Shown piece after piece: positions 10,267-19,667 of a DNA stretch of 64,000 bases (its first letter is position 1; each line of letters begins with the position of its first letter). The stretch is from assembly GCA_963796055.1 (NCBI GenBank), contig CAWCKH010000004.1, positions 1,280,001 to 1,344,000 on the forward strand, written 5' to 3'. The notes beneath the pieces were generated by a model, which had not been told where the DNA came from, made no database searches, and saw only the letters and a program-made list of their open reading frames with translations. Source of the DNA: an uncultured delta proteobacterium (GTDB lineage Bacteria > Myxococcota > Myxococcia > Myxococcales > Myxococcaceae). The translations under genes were made by a program, and so were the position numbers.

Positions 10267-12090
10267 TCACGGACAGCGGGTCACGACCTGCGCCCGGTCC
10301 GCGCCGAACGTCGAGCCCTCGAAGAGGAGCCGGGTGTTGGGCGGGATCAGCCCCGGTCCCTGCACCAGCACGTCTCCCGAGACGTTTCCGCAGAACCCGT
10401 CGGCGGACGTGGTCACCCCGTCGAGCCGGAAGCCCTGCAGCCGGAAGGTGATGCCCGCGCCGCCGTCACCGGCGGTGCCCAGCGGGTACGCAGCGAAGGG
10501 AATCACCGGGTCCCCGAAGTCGATGCCGAAGCGGCCATCGGCGGTCACGGGGGCACTGCCGACGAACGGGTCGCCGACCGGAACCACCGCGCCGGTCCCG
10601 AGCAGCGCGTTCTGATCCACGGCCTGAAGAGCGAGGGTGAGCGTTCCTCCGCTGGTGGTGGCCTGGCCCACGAAGACCGCGGGCAGGTCGGGGAAGAACG
10701 ACGGACCGACGCTGACCAGGAACGCCCCGTCCACGCCCGTCGCCGAGGCCGAGGGCAGCGGCGCTGCCGGACAGTGGGCGTCCGGCCCGGCCGGAACCGC
10801 GATGCCCGGGTCGTACCGCGAGAGGTCGAGCGTGGCGGCGAGGATCCACGTCGGGCCGAACTGGGCGGGGAGCCAGGGGATGTCCGCGCCGAGCGGCGTG
10901 GAGTACCAGGCCAGCGCGAATCGCCTCGGCTGTCCGGGGATCGGCGCGACCGCGGCGTACGCCGTGTCGCCGTTGGACGGCAGCTCGGCCACCTCGAACA
11001 ACCGGACCGGGCTGCGGGGATCGGTCAGGTCGCCACGGAGCTCGTAGAGCGCGGTGCGCTTGCGGGTACACGACAGGTGCTTGCGTGCCACGACGAAGGT
11101 CCGTCCATCCACCTCGAAGAGCTTCGACGGCCCGTCGAGTCGCTGCTCGAGCCGGCGACTGCAGTCGAAGTCCCCGAGGAACCCGAGCCACGAGCCGCGC
11201 TTCACGCAGACCGCGGTCTGCCCGTCCTCGTTCAGACCCTGGTCGTCGAGGCGCACCAGCGCCACGGCGATCATCCGGTCCTCGCCGAGGAAGCTCAGCT
11301 CCGCCTCGCTGGGCACCAGCCGCGGGGCGTTCACCAGGCTGCCCAGCTTGACGAAGGACCTGCCGCCGTCGATGGAGCCGAAGTACGCCGCTTCCTGGTC
11401 CCCGTCGTCGTACCCGGTCGCGTACAGGATGCGCGTCCCGAACGGGGACCGCCAGCCGACGTAGCGCCAGAGTCCCCAGCGCTGGTCGGTGAGCTTGAAG
11501 GCGACCGGGACCGGGGTGTCGAAGCTGTCGCCGTCGTCGCGCGAGGTGGCGAGCACCGTCTGCGTCTCGGCCAGCAGGTCCCGGATGGGGAACCCCGCGA
11601 GCCGCGAGATGGCCCCGAGGCGGAGCGCGCCGTCCCACTCGAAGAGCTTGGGATCACGGATGCCACGCACCGGGTCGCTCGGAGCAGGAAAGACCTCGCT
11701 GGCGAGCCTGCCGCCGTGGCTCTGCGGATCGAAGTGGAAGATGCGGATGCGCGCGGTACCGGTCTCCGCCTGGCCCGTGCCACCGGCCCGGAAGGCGAGC
11801 AGCATCTTCCGCGAGGGCAAGAGATGCAGCTCGACATTCTCCGCGTGCTCGTCCCCGTTCTGGTACACGACATCGATGTCCCGGATGACGCCCCGGGCGT
11901 ATGCGGGCCCGTCGGGGGTGGGCACCCGGGTGGGGGTGAGCGTCACCGCCGCGGACGCGGCGGAAGACGCGGACGCACGGCGTGCATCGCCCGGCACGGA
12001 TGCGGCGCTCGCCCGGCCCTGTGCCCCGCAGGCCACGAGAGCGAGGGCGAGCGGCGGGAAGAGCGGCGGAAACGGCGAGCGACGGCGCAT
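10267..12090 (-). CDS. Putative lipoprotein with sialidase/BNR-like beta-propeller plus a C-terminal beta domain
   Basis: Lipobox-like LALVAC. Asp-box-like TSRDDGDSF and GSIDGGRSF, IRDPKL motif, GDTAYAAV strand. Confidence 0.7.
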   Translation of the reverse strand: MRRRSPFPPLFPPLALALVACGAQGRASAASVPGDARRASASSAASAAVTLTPTRVPTPDGPAYARGVIRDIDVVYQNGDEHAENVELHLLPSRKMLLAFRAGGTGQAETGTARIRIFHFDPQSHGGRLASEVFPAPSDPVRGIRDPKLFEWDGALRLGAISRLAGFPIRDLLAETQTVLATSRDDGDSFDTPVPVAFKLTDQRWGLWRYVGWRSPFGTRILYATGYDDGDQEAAYFGSIDGGRSFVKLGSLVNAPRLVPSEAELSFLGEDRMIAVALVRLDDQGLNEDGQTAVCVKRGSWLGFLGDFDCSRRLEQRLDGPSKLFEVDGRTFVVARKHLSCTRKRTALYELRGDLTDPRSPVRLFEVAELPSNGDTAYAAVAPIPGQPRRFALAWYSTPLGADIPWLPAQFGPTWILAATLDLSRYDPGIAVPAGPDAHCPAAPLPSASATGVDGAFLVSVGPSFFPDLPAVFVGQATTSGGTLTLALQAVDQNALLGTGAVVPVGDPFVGSAPVTADGRFGIDFGDPVIPFAAYPLGTAGDGGAGITFRLQGFRLDGVTTSADGFCGNVSGDVLVQGPGLIPPNTRLLFEGSTFGADRAQVVTRCP

Positions 12091-12127
12091 GCGAGCACCC
12101 CCGGAAGTCGTGGCGCGGGGCTCACGT

Positions 12128-12143
12128 AGCAATCGACAATCCA
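12128..12143 (-). promoter_or_regulatory. Sigma54 -24/-12 promoter of the propeller lipoprotein gene
   Basis: Minus strand TGGATTGTCGATTGCT = GG-N10-GC with TTGCT, about 40 nt upstream of the ATG. Confidence 0.6.
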
Positions 12144-12175
12144 TCGCCTCGACGATGGGACGCCGCGATGGCCAG

Positions 12176-12205
12176 GTGCTGGAGGCCGTGCACCGGTTTG
12201 CACAC
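12176..12205 (-). promoter_or_regulatory. Candidate bEBP enhancer (UAS), copy 1
   Basis: GTGTGCA-AACCGG-TGCACG-GCCTC-CAGCAC. 21/30 identical to 13721-13750. Confidence 0.5.
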
Positions 12206-12332
12206 CTGCGCAGCGGAGCGCTCCGCAGACCGTGGCGCCAAGCCAGCACCGCCTCGGCAGGGGCTTCGCGGGCACCGAGGCCGGGATGCGCGGTGCTCCA
12301 CCGGCAGGGCGCCCGGGTGCCCGGCGGCCGGG

Positions 12333-13661
12333 TCAGAACATCTCGCCGAAGTCGAGGAAGAACGTCTGCTCGGGCGTGAGGCCCACGTCGGCGCGCACCA
12401 CCAGGTGGTGGCTCCACGCCAGCCGCAGCCCGATCGAGCTCCCGACGTGGAAGGGTCCGACGTCGGACTGGCCTAGGCGCGCCCAGACACGGCCCACGTC
12501 CAGACCGGCCACCGTGCCGATCTCGAACTCGCCCAGGCTGAGAAAGCGCCAGCGAAGCTCCGCGTTGCCGAGCAGCTTCGCGTTGCCCTGGTACCGGTCC
12601 AGCGAGAGCCCACGGATCGAGGCGCGGCCTCCGAGCGCGTCCGGGCCGTTGAGCTGGCCCGCCTCGCTGATCCCTCCGGTCGCCGGCAGCACATAGAAGG
12701 GCAACCCGTCGGTGGCCACATCCGCCAGCAGCCGCAGGGCCAGCACCAGCCGCCAGTAGTCGGGGATGAGTCGCTGGTAGAGGCGCAGCGTGAGGTTCGC
12801 CCCGAAGAGGTTCGACTCACCGCCGAAGGCATGCGCAGCGCCGCGCACCGACAGCTCGTGGAACATCCCGCGGGTGGGGGCGAACTCGTTGTCCCGGGTG
12901 TCGAACCGCACGCCGCCGGTCAGCTCGGCGTAGCGCTGCTTGAAGCGGTGATAGGGGTCTCCGGGGAGCGGCCGGCCGTTCCAGCCCACCAGCAGACCGC
13001 GACGCGCATCGGCGTCGAGCTGGGAACCGGTGTCCTGCCCGAGGTCGTCCGGCCGGTAGAGGGGCTGGAACCCCGCCAGAAGGAACTGATAGCCGAGGAG
13101 CACGCTCCACGGGCCCCCGATGGGACGCAGGACGGTGAGCTGCGCACTGGGGAAGATCTCCACGTCGTACTGGTAGAATCGCTTCCCCCGGAACAGCGGA
13201 TTGGGCGAACCGTCCGGCGGGGCCGAGGGACAGACGTCGGGGGCGGCCGGTAGCTGCGCCTTCAGCGCTTCGTCGTCGCAGCGGTCGGCGTCCTCGTCCC
13301 GGACGCTCCCGTTGCCCAGCCCGTAGTACGGCTGGAACTTCGCCCGCTCGTAGCCCACGCGCAGGGTGATCCGGTACGGCGAACCACCGATCCCGGGCAC
13401 ATCGAGGGCCAGCCAGTGCGACTGGATGCCGCCGGTGGTGACGAAGACGTTCCCCTCCACGCTGTAGGCGAACGGCTTCCTCGTCCCCTCCCCGAAGTCG
13501 GTGAGCTTGAAATGCGCGCCGAAGCCCCAGCCCTCGTCCGAGCCGTAGTCGACGATCGGGAACGCCCCGACCTTGAAGCCCAGGTCCGGCGGCGGCTCGT
13601 CGGCACGGGCTGGCAGCCCGCCGAGACCCACGATCAGCACGGCGGCGAGCGCGGGGCGCAT
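12333..13661 (-). CDS. Omp85/BamA-TamA-family outer-membrane beta-barrel without POTRA domains
   Basis: Signal peptide ending ARA-D, then directly GAFPIVDYGSDEGWGFG. FDTRDNEFAPTRG, IRGL...RYQG (VRGY-like loop), NAELRW, and a C-terminal aromatic residue (FGEMF). Confidence 0.85.
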   Translation of the reverse strand: MRPALAAVLIVGLGGLPARADEPPPDLGFKVGAFPIVDYGSDEGWGFGAHFKLTDFGEGTRKPFAYSVEGNVFVTTGGIQSHWLALDVPGIGGSPYRITLRVGYERAKFQPYYGLGNGSVRDEDADRCDDEALKAQLPAAPDVCPSAPPDGSPNPLFRGKRFYQYDVEIFPSAQLTVLRPIGGPWSVLLGYQFLLAGFQPLYRPDDLGQDTGSQLDADARRGLLVGWNGRPLPGDPYHRFKQRYAELTGGVRFDTRDNEFAPTRGMFHELSVRGAAHAFGGESNLFGANLTLRLYQRLIPDYWRLVLALRLLADVATDGLPFYVLPATGGISEAGQLNGPDALGGRASIRGLSLDRYQGNAKLLGNAELRWRFLSLGEFEIGTVAGLDVGRVWARLGQSDVGPFHVGSSIGLRLAWSHHLVVRADVGLTPEQTFFLDFGEMF

Positions 13662-13720
13662 GGGGAGGAGCGGTGCAGCTTCCGTACCCATTTGACCTGA
13701 ATTCCCCAGCGGGCATCCGG

Positions 13721-13750
13721 GTGTGCAGAGGATTGCACGCTGTGCAGCAC
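13721..13750 (+). promoter_or_regulatory. Candidate bEBP enhancer (UAS), copy 2
   Basis: GTGTGCA-GAGGAT-TGCACG-CTGTG-CAGCAC, with a palindromic GTGCA-N6-TGCAC core. Confidence 0.5.
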
Positions 13751-13802
13751 GCATCACGTGGCGCATCGTGACGTCCCCTCGGGATTCCTTGCTTTCCCCG
13801 AG

Positions 13803-13818
13803 CGGCACGCCATGTGCT
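13803..13818 (+). promoter_or_regulatory. Sigma54 -24/-12 promoter of the two-component operon
   Basis: CGGCACGCCATGTGCT = GG-N10-GC with GGCACG, about 40 nt upstream of ATG 13860. Confidence 0.55.
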
Positions 13819-13859
13819 CGGGCCCAGAGCGAGAGCCCGTTCTCCCAGGGTCACATTCC

Positions 13860-15356
13860 ATGACGCTTCGCGACTGGCCGGTCATCATCGCCTGCGTCTT
13901 CGGCCTGTCGCTGGTCCTGCTGATCATCTGGCGAGGGCGGCGGAGCCCCCTTGCGGCGCCACTGGCGTTCCTGGTGCTGAACCTCACCGCCTGGAACTTC
14001 GCGGACGATGCCTGGCACGCGTCGGGCGAGACCCGCCTGGTGTGGCACATGATCGACCACGCGCTGTCGCCCCTGAGCCTGCCGCTGGCGTTCGGGTTCG
14101 CCCTGGTCTTCGTTGGACGGCGGGGTCAACTGGGGTGGCTGCTGGTGGTCAGCTGGGTGGTGGCCATCCTCACGGGGGCGCCGGCACTGCTGGCGCTGGT
14201 GGGCGAGCTCGGGCCGATCGCGGCCTGGGGGCGACGGTTCACCGAGGGCGTCTGGTACCCGATCAACTTCGTTCACCTGGTGGTGCTGGCGGCCATCGGT
14301 CTGTGGCTGCTCATCCGCTACGCCATGAGCGCCCCCCCGGGAGAGAAGTCGCAGGCACGCGGCGTGCTGGCAGCGATTGGCGTGCTCATCGCCCTGGGGG
14401 TGTCCGAGTTCGCCCCGGGGCCCGGGCTCGGCCTCTTCGGCTTCATCCTCTTCACCCTCGTCCTCTCCGTGGTCGTGCTGCAGCCCGGGCTTCCGGAGAT
14501 CTCGATCCCCGGGAAGCTGATCCCCATCGCCGTGCTGGCGGCGAGCAGCGGCGTGGGCGCCTGGCTGTTCATGGCCAAGCGCTCCAACGGGCCCGCGGTG
14601 GTGCTGCTGCTCTTGACCGTGCTCGCGCTGGTGGCCCTGGTCATCGGCCTGGGTATCCACGCGAATCGCGCCCAGAGACGCGAGCGGCTGGAGCAGCTGG
14701 TGCTGCTGGGCCGCTTCTCGCAGCAGCTGGCCCACAACCTCAAGAACCCCATCGCCGCCCTGAAGGGGGCGACGCAGTATCTGGAGGTCGAGCTGCACCG
14801 GGGCCGGAGCCTCGCGGAGCAGGAGCACTTCGTGCGGCTGCTGCTCACCCAGGTGGACCGCCTGGAGAACGTCATCGCCGACTACCGGAAGCTCGGGCAG
14901 GCCCACCCCATCACCGAACCGGTAAACCTGAATGCGCTGGTCGACGGGGTCCTCGCCTTGCAGTCCTTCATCGACGGCGAGAGAGTCCGGATCCACTCGG
15001 AGCTGGACGGCTCGCTGCCGCTGCTCTCCGGGGATCCTGGGTTACTGAGGGAAACCCTGGAGAACCTGCTCCGGAACGCCGCCGAGGCGCTGCCGGAGGG
15101 GGGGAACGTGATGGTCAGGACCGGATGGCGGGACCGGAGCCACGTCTACCTCTCCGTCCAGGACGACGGGGTGGGCATCGACGCCCGCACCCGCGAGCGA
15201 CTCAAGGAGTTCTACACCACCAAGCCGGGCGGGAGCGGGCTGGGCCTCGCCTTTGCACGGCGAGTCGCCGAGACGCACGGCGGCGAGCTGCGGATCGAGA
15301 GCCAGCCGGGAAAGGGGACGACGGTCACCGTCGCCCTGGCCGCACCGCCGAGGTGA
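13860..15356 (+). CDS. Multi-TM sensor histidine kinase
   Basis: About 8 hydrophobic segments. H-box AHNLKNP, N-box ENLLRNA, DDGVG, FYTTK, GSGLGL. Confidence 0.92.
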   Translation: MTLRDWPVIIACVFGLSLVLLIIWRGRRSPLAAPLAFLVLNLTAWNFADDAWHASGETRLVWHMIDHALSPLSLPLAFGFALVFVGRRGQLGWLLVVSWVVAILTGAPALLALVGELGPIAAWGRRFTEGVWYPINFVHLVVLAAIGLWLLIRYAMSAPPGEKSQARGVLAAIGVLIALGVSEFAPGPGLGLFGFILFTLVLSVVVLQPGLPEISIPGKLIPIAVLAASSGVGAWLFMAKRSNGPAVVLLLLTVLALVALVIGLGIHANRAQRRERLEQLVLLGRFSQQLAHNLKNPIAALKGATQYLEVELHRGRSLAEQEHFVRLLLTQVDRLENVIADYRKLGQAHPITEPVNLNALVDGVLALQSFIDGERVRIHSELDGSLPLLSGDPGLLRETLENLLRNAAEALPEGGNVMVRTGWRDRSHVYLSVQDDGVGIDARTRERLKEFYTTKPGGSGLGLAFARRVAETHGGELRIESQPGKGTTVTVALAAPPR

Positions 15357-15360
15357 AGCG

Positions 15361-16785
15361 ATGGACTCCACTCCGCACAGTGTCCTGATCGTCGACGACG
15401 ACGCCGCGGTCGCAGAGACGCTCTCGGCGACCTTGGAGCAGTGGGACCCAAGGCCGGACGAGCTGGACCCGAAGCGCTTCGAGGCCGCCTACGTCCTCTC
15501 CGGGGAGAAGGCGCTGGCCTACCTCGCCGACGGGTTCGCGGACGTGGTCATCGCCGATCTCCGGATGCCGGGGATGGACGGGATGGAGCTGCTGCAGCGG
15601 ATCCAGCACGACCTGCCCGGGACGCCGGTGGTGATGCTCACCGCGCACGCCAGCATCCCGCTCGCGGTGGAGGCAATGCGCCGCGGGGCGCACGACTTCG
15701 TGGAGAAGCCCTGGAACCTCGAGGAGCTGGTCGCCTCGCTCAAGCGGGCGATCAACACCGCTCCTGCGGAGCGCCGAGAGGGACGCGCCCCCGAACCGAG
15801 GACCCGCGAGGTGCTGGCCCGGCTTCCCACGATGGAGAAGGCGCTGGAGGCGGTGCGCCGGGCGGCTGGAGGGATGGCCACCGTCCTCATCCGCGGCGAG
15901 TCGGGCACCGGCAAGAACGTGGCCGCGCGGATGCTGCACGATCTCGGCCCCAGGAAGGCCGCGCCCTTCATCACCGTGCACTGCGCGGGCATCCCCGACG
16001 ACCTGCTGGAGTCGGAGCTGTTCGGGCACGAACCGGGGTCGTTCACCGGCGCCGGACCGAAGCGGAAGGACGGACGGGTGACCTGGGCCGAGGGAGGGAC
16101 GCTGTTCCTCGACGAGATCGGGGACGTTCCCCTCAAGCTTCAAGTGAAGCTGCTCGAGCTGCTGGGAAAGGAGCGCCGCTACACCCGGCTCGGCGGGGAC
16201 AAGGAGCTCACCGCGGACGTGCGGGTGGTCGCCGCGACCCACCGGGATCTCGAGAAGATGACCCGGGAGGGGACCTTCCGGGAGGACCTCTACTTCCGGC
16301 TGAACGTCATCCCGGTGTGGATTCCCCCCCTCCGGGAGCGGCGGGCAGAGATCGAGCAGCTCGCCCGCACGTTTCTCGAGCGGTTCGGAGTCGAGAACGG
16401 TCGCCCGCACCTGAGCTTCGGGGCTCCGGCGCTCGAAGCGCTGCGCTCCTTCCACTGGCCGGGCAACATCCGGCAGCTGGAGAACGTGGTGGAGCGGCTG
16501 GCGGTCATGACCACCGGCGAGAGCATCTCTCTGGAGGACGTCCGCGAGGCGCTGAGCGGGGCGCCCTCGCCACCCCTCGTCGCGGAGTACGATCCGGAGG
16601 TCGGGCGCTCGCTGGCGGCGAACATGAAGGCCATCGAGAAGCGAATCCTGGTGCAGACCCTCAACGAGACCCGGGGCAACAAGGCGCTCGCCGCCCGCTT
16701 CCTGGAGATCTCCCGCCGCAGCCTCTACTACAAGCTCAAGGAGCACGGCCTGGAGCGGTGGAAGCCGCCCGAGGCCGCAGTCTAG
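15361..16785 (+). CDS. Sigma54-dependent response regulator (NtrC-family bEBP)
   Basis: Receiver (VDDD, ADLRMPGMDG), Walker A GESGTGKN, ESELFGH...GSFTGA, LFLDEIG, WPGNIRQL and Fis-type HTH. Confidence 0.95.
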   Translation: MDSTPHSVLIVDDDAAVAETLSATLEQWDPRPDELDPKRFEAAYVLSGEKALAYLADGFADVVIADLRMPGMDGMELLQRIQHDLPGTPVVMLTAHASIPLAVEAMRRGAHDFVEKPWNLEELVASLKRAINTAPAERREGRAPEPRTREVLARLPTMEKALEAVRRAAGGMATVLIRGESGTGKNVAARMLHDLGPRKAAPFITVHCAGIPDDLLESELFGHEPGSFTGAGPKRKDGRVTWAEGGTLFLDEIGDVPLKLQVKLLELLGKERRYTRLGGDKELTADVRVVAATHRDLEKMTREGTFREDLYFRLNVIPVWIPPLRERRAEIEQLARTFLERFGVENGRPHLSFGAPALEALRSFHWPGNIRQLENVVERLAVMTTGESISLEDVREALSGAPSPPLVAEYDPEVGRSLAANMKAIEKRILVQTLNETRGNKALAARFLEISRRSLYYKLKEHGLERWKPPEAAV

Positions 16786-18329
16786 TGAGCGGCGGCGGCC
16801 GCCTCGGCCGCGTTTGCTCCGGGCTTGCGGAGCAGGAAGACCAGCAGGAACGAGAGGGCGAACACGCCCGCCAGCACCAGGAACCCGGTGTTGAAGGCCC
16901 GCACCAGCGCCTGCGCGTCGAGTCGCGAAGCCATGAGCGCGTACCCGCTCTGGATCGCGTCGGGGAGCCGGGCCACCGCGCCCTGCGCCTGACGGAGCTG
17001 CTCCTGGAAGACCGGGTTGTACGGGTCGGCGTAGCGGGCGAGGTCGCTCCGGAACTGGTGCGTGTTGTTGGTGAGCATGGTGCTCATCCACGCGGTGCCG
17101 ATGGAGCCGCCCAGCTCGCGGGTCAGGTTGAAGAGACCGGCCGCGCTACCGCGCTGGCGGGGGCTCAGACCCGAGAGCGCCACCACCGAGAGGGGTACGA
17201 AGCAGAAGCCCAGGCCCAGCGAACGCACGAAGATGGGCATGGTCAGAGCGTGGGTGTCGGCGAGCTGGGTGAGGTGCCCGTTCAGCCAGAGCGAGGCCAC
17301 CAGTCCGATGGTTCCGAAAGCGATGAGGTAGCGGCTGTCCACCTTGCCGATCAGCCGTCCGACGAGAGGCATGATCAGCAGCTGGATCCAGCTCCCACGC
17401 AGAAACAGCAGCCCGATGTCCATCGCCTCGTAGTGCAGGATGGTTCCGCAGAAGAGCGAGTAGAGGAACGAGCCGGCGAAGAGCGCGGTACCGATGAGGA
17501 AGTTCAGGCCGCTGGCCGCGCTGTAACTGATGTTCTTGAACACCCGGAAGTCCACCACCGGGTGCTCGATCTCCAGCTCGTGCACCACGAAGGTGACCAG
17601 GCAGATGGCCGCCGCACAGGCGAGGACCACGATCCGGGTGTCCTCGAACCAGCCGTCGCGGTTCCCTTCCTCCAGCACGTACTGGAGCGAGACCATGCCC
17701 ACCGCGAGAAGGCCGATGCCCCGAGCGTCGATGGGCTCGCGCGACGGCTTGAAGGTCGGCTCCTTGATGGAGATGAACGCCACCCACGCGGCCAGGAGGC
17801 CCAGCGGCACGTTGATCAGGAAGATCCAGTGCCAGCTGGCGACGTCGATCAGCTTTCCACCGATGGTCGGACCGAGGAGCGGCCCGGTGATGGCCCCGAG
17901 GGCGAACAGCGCGCCCGCCATCCCGTGCTCCTTCTGCGGGTAACGGCCGAAGAGGATGTTCTGCGAGGTGGGGATGATGGCTCCCCCGCCGATGCCCTGG
18001 AGGATGCGGAAGATCACCAGCGAGGGCAGGTTCCAGGCCAGCCCGCACAGCGCCGAGGCGGCGGTGAACATCAGCAGCGAGCCGGCAAAGTAGTTCCGGA
18101 AACCGAACCGGCGCTGCAGCCACCCCGACAACGGGATGATGGTCACGTTGGCCATCGCGTACCCGGTGGAGACCCAGGCGATCTGGTCGAGCGGGGTGCC
18201 GAAGCTCGCCCGGATGTCGTTCAGCGCGACGTTGACGATGCTGATGTCGATGACCGACATCAGCGCGCCGAGCATCGCGGCGACGGTGATCAGGACCTTG
18301 TTGCCCTGGATGGGAGTCTGCTCGGCCAC
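16782..18329 (-). CDS. DHA2 (EmrB/QacA) MFS efflux permease
   Basis: IDISIVNVAL, WVSTGY, FRILQGIGGG, GPTIGG and WIFLINVP motifs. Confidence 0.93.
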   Translation of the reverse strand: MAEQTPIQGNKVLITVAAMLGALMSVIDISIVNVALNDIRASFGTPLDQIAWVSTGYAMANVTIIPLSGWLQRRFGFRNYFAGSLLMFTAASALCGLAWNLPSLVIFRILQGIGGGAIIPTSQNILFGRYPQKEHGMAGALFALGAITGPLLGPTIGGKLIDVASWHWIFLINVPLGLLAAWVAFISIKEPTFKPSREPIDARGIGLLAVGMVSLQYVLEEGNRDGWFEDTRIVVLACAAAICLVTFVVHELEIEHPVVDFRVFKNISYSAASGLNFLIGTALFAGSFLYSLFCGTILHYEAMDIGLLFLRGSWIQLLIMPLVGRLIGKVDSRYLIAFGTIGLVASLWLNGHLTQLADTHALTMPIFVRSLGLGFCFVPLSVVALSGLSPRQRGSAAGLFNLTRELGGSIGTAWMSTMLTNNTHQFRSDLARYADPYNPVFQEQLRQAQGAVARLPDAIQSGYALMASRLDAQALVRAFNTGFLVLAGVFALSFLLVFLLRKPGANAAEAAAAAH

Positions 18330-18339
18330 GGCGCGGTCT

Positions 18340-19596
18340 CTAGTTGGTGCGGACGGTGACCACGGCGCTCATCCCCGGGCGGAGCGGGACCTCGGGCGTC
18401 CGCTCGAGGCGGACGAGCACCGGGACGCGCTGGACCACCTTCACGAAGTTGCCGCTGGCGTTGTCGGGCGGGAGGAGCGCGAAGCGAGCGCCGGAGGCAC
18501 CGGCCAGGCTCTCCACGTGGCCCTGGAAGTCATGCCGACCGTAGGTGTCGACGCGGACGGAGGCCTTCTGACCGGGCCGCATCTCGCCGATCTGGTCCTC
18601 CTTGAAGTTGGCCACCACCCAGATGTCCTGGAGCGGGACCACTGCCAGCATCGGACGGTCGGGCGCGACGAGCTGGCCCTGCTCCACGGTGCGGCGGCTC
18701 ACCACGCCGTCCACGGGAGCACGCACCTCGGCGTAGCTGCGGTTGAGCGCCGCCAGGTCGTACGCCGCCTGGGCCTGCTCCACCCCGGCCTGCGCGGCCT
18801 GGACGGCGACCTCGGCGGCCTTCACCTGGTCGGGTGCGGTCTCGGCGGCGGCCAGACGGCCCTGCGCGGTGGTCAAGCCACCGCCCGACGAAGCGAGGTT
18901 GGCCTCGGTGCTGGCGAGCCTGGCGCGCGCCTGCTCGAGCTCTGCGCGGGCTTGTTCGGCGCGGGCGCGGCGAGCGTCGATGTCCGCGCGGGCGATGGCG
19001 TCGGCCCTGGCCAGGTCCTGGGCGCGTACCCAGTCGGACTGGGCGAGCCGGTCGGCGGCCTCGGCAGCGTCCACCGCGGCCCGGGCCTGGGCCAGCGCGC
19101 TCCGTGTGGCCTGCACGCTGGAGCTGGCCTGGGTGAGCCCACCGCGGGCCTGGCGCAGCGAGGCGTCGGCGTTCGCCTGGGTGAGCCTGAGGTTGACCTC
19201 CGCCGAGGCGAGCCCGGCGCGGGCGGACTCGAGGTCCGCGCGGGCCGAGGCGAGCTTGGCGTCGAGATCCCTGGTGTCGAGCTGGACCAGGAGATCTCCC
19301 TGCTTCACCGACTGGTTGTCGATGACCAGCACCTTCTCCACTTGACCGGAGACCCGCGGGCTGATGCTGACCACGCGACCCTCGACCTGGGCGTCGTCGG
19401 TACTCTCCTTTCCATGGCCGAGGACCCACGCCCCGAGCGCGCCGACGACGGCGAGGCCGAGGAGGCCGGCGAAGACCTGGGTGGAACGGCGCTGGCGGAA
19501 GCCGGGCCGGGCGGGCGCGGCGGCGGGAGTCTCCGGCGCGGGGGCCGGGACCTCACGCGGGGTGTGCTCGCGAAGGGCAGTGGTGGTGGCGGACAT
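18340..19596 (-). CDS. EmrA/HlyD-family membrane fusion protein
   Basis: ESTDDAQV, ANFKEDQI, FALLPPDNASGNFVKVVQRVPV. Confidence 0.93.
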   Translation of the reverse strand: MSATTTALREHTPREVPAPAPETPAAAPARPGFRQRRSTQVFAGLLGLAVVGALGAWVLGHGKESTDDAQVEGRVVSISPRVSGQVEKVLVIDNQSVKQGDLLVQLDTRDLDAKLASARADLESARAGLASAEVNLRLTQANADASLRQARGGLTQASSSVQATRSALAQARAAVDAAEAADRLAQSDWVRAQDLARADAIARADIDARRARAEQARAELEQARARLASTEANLASSGGGLTTAQGRLAAAETAPDQVKAAEVAVQAAQAGVEQAQAAYDLAALNRSYAEVRAPVDGVVSRRTVEQGQLVAPDRPMLAVVPLQDIWVVANFKEDQIGEMRPGQKASVRVDTYGRHDFQGHVESLAGASGARFALLPPDNASGNFVKVVQRVPVLVRLERTPEVPLRPGMSAVVTVRTN

Positions 19597-19667
19597 GGTG
19601 GGGGGAGCTCCTGATTCCTGAAGGTCTGAAGACGAACGTTCCGAGGTGAGGGCAGCCTTCTTGCGGG

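Noticed and set aside
15441..18359. Long antisense or alternative-frame ORFs (for example 972 aa here, 1009 aa at 44666-47695)
   Set aside because: These are expected in high-GC DNA opposite real genes and show no recognisable motifs.
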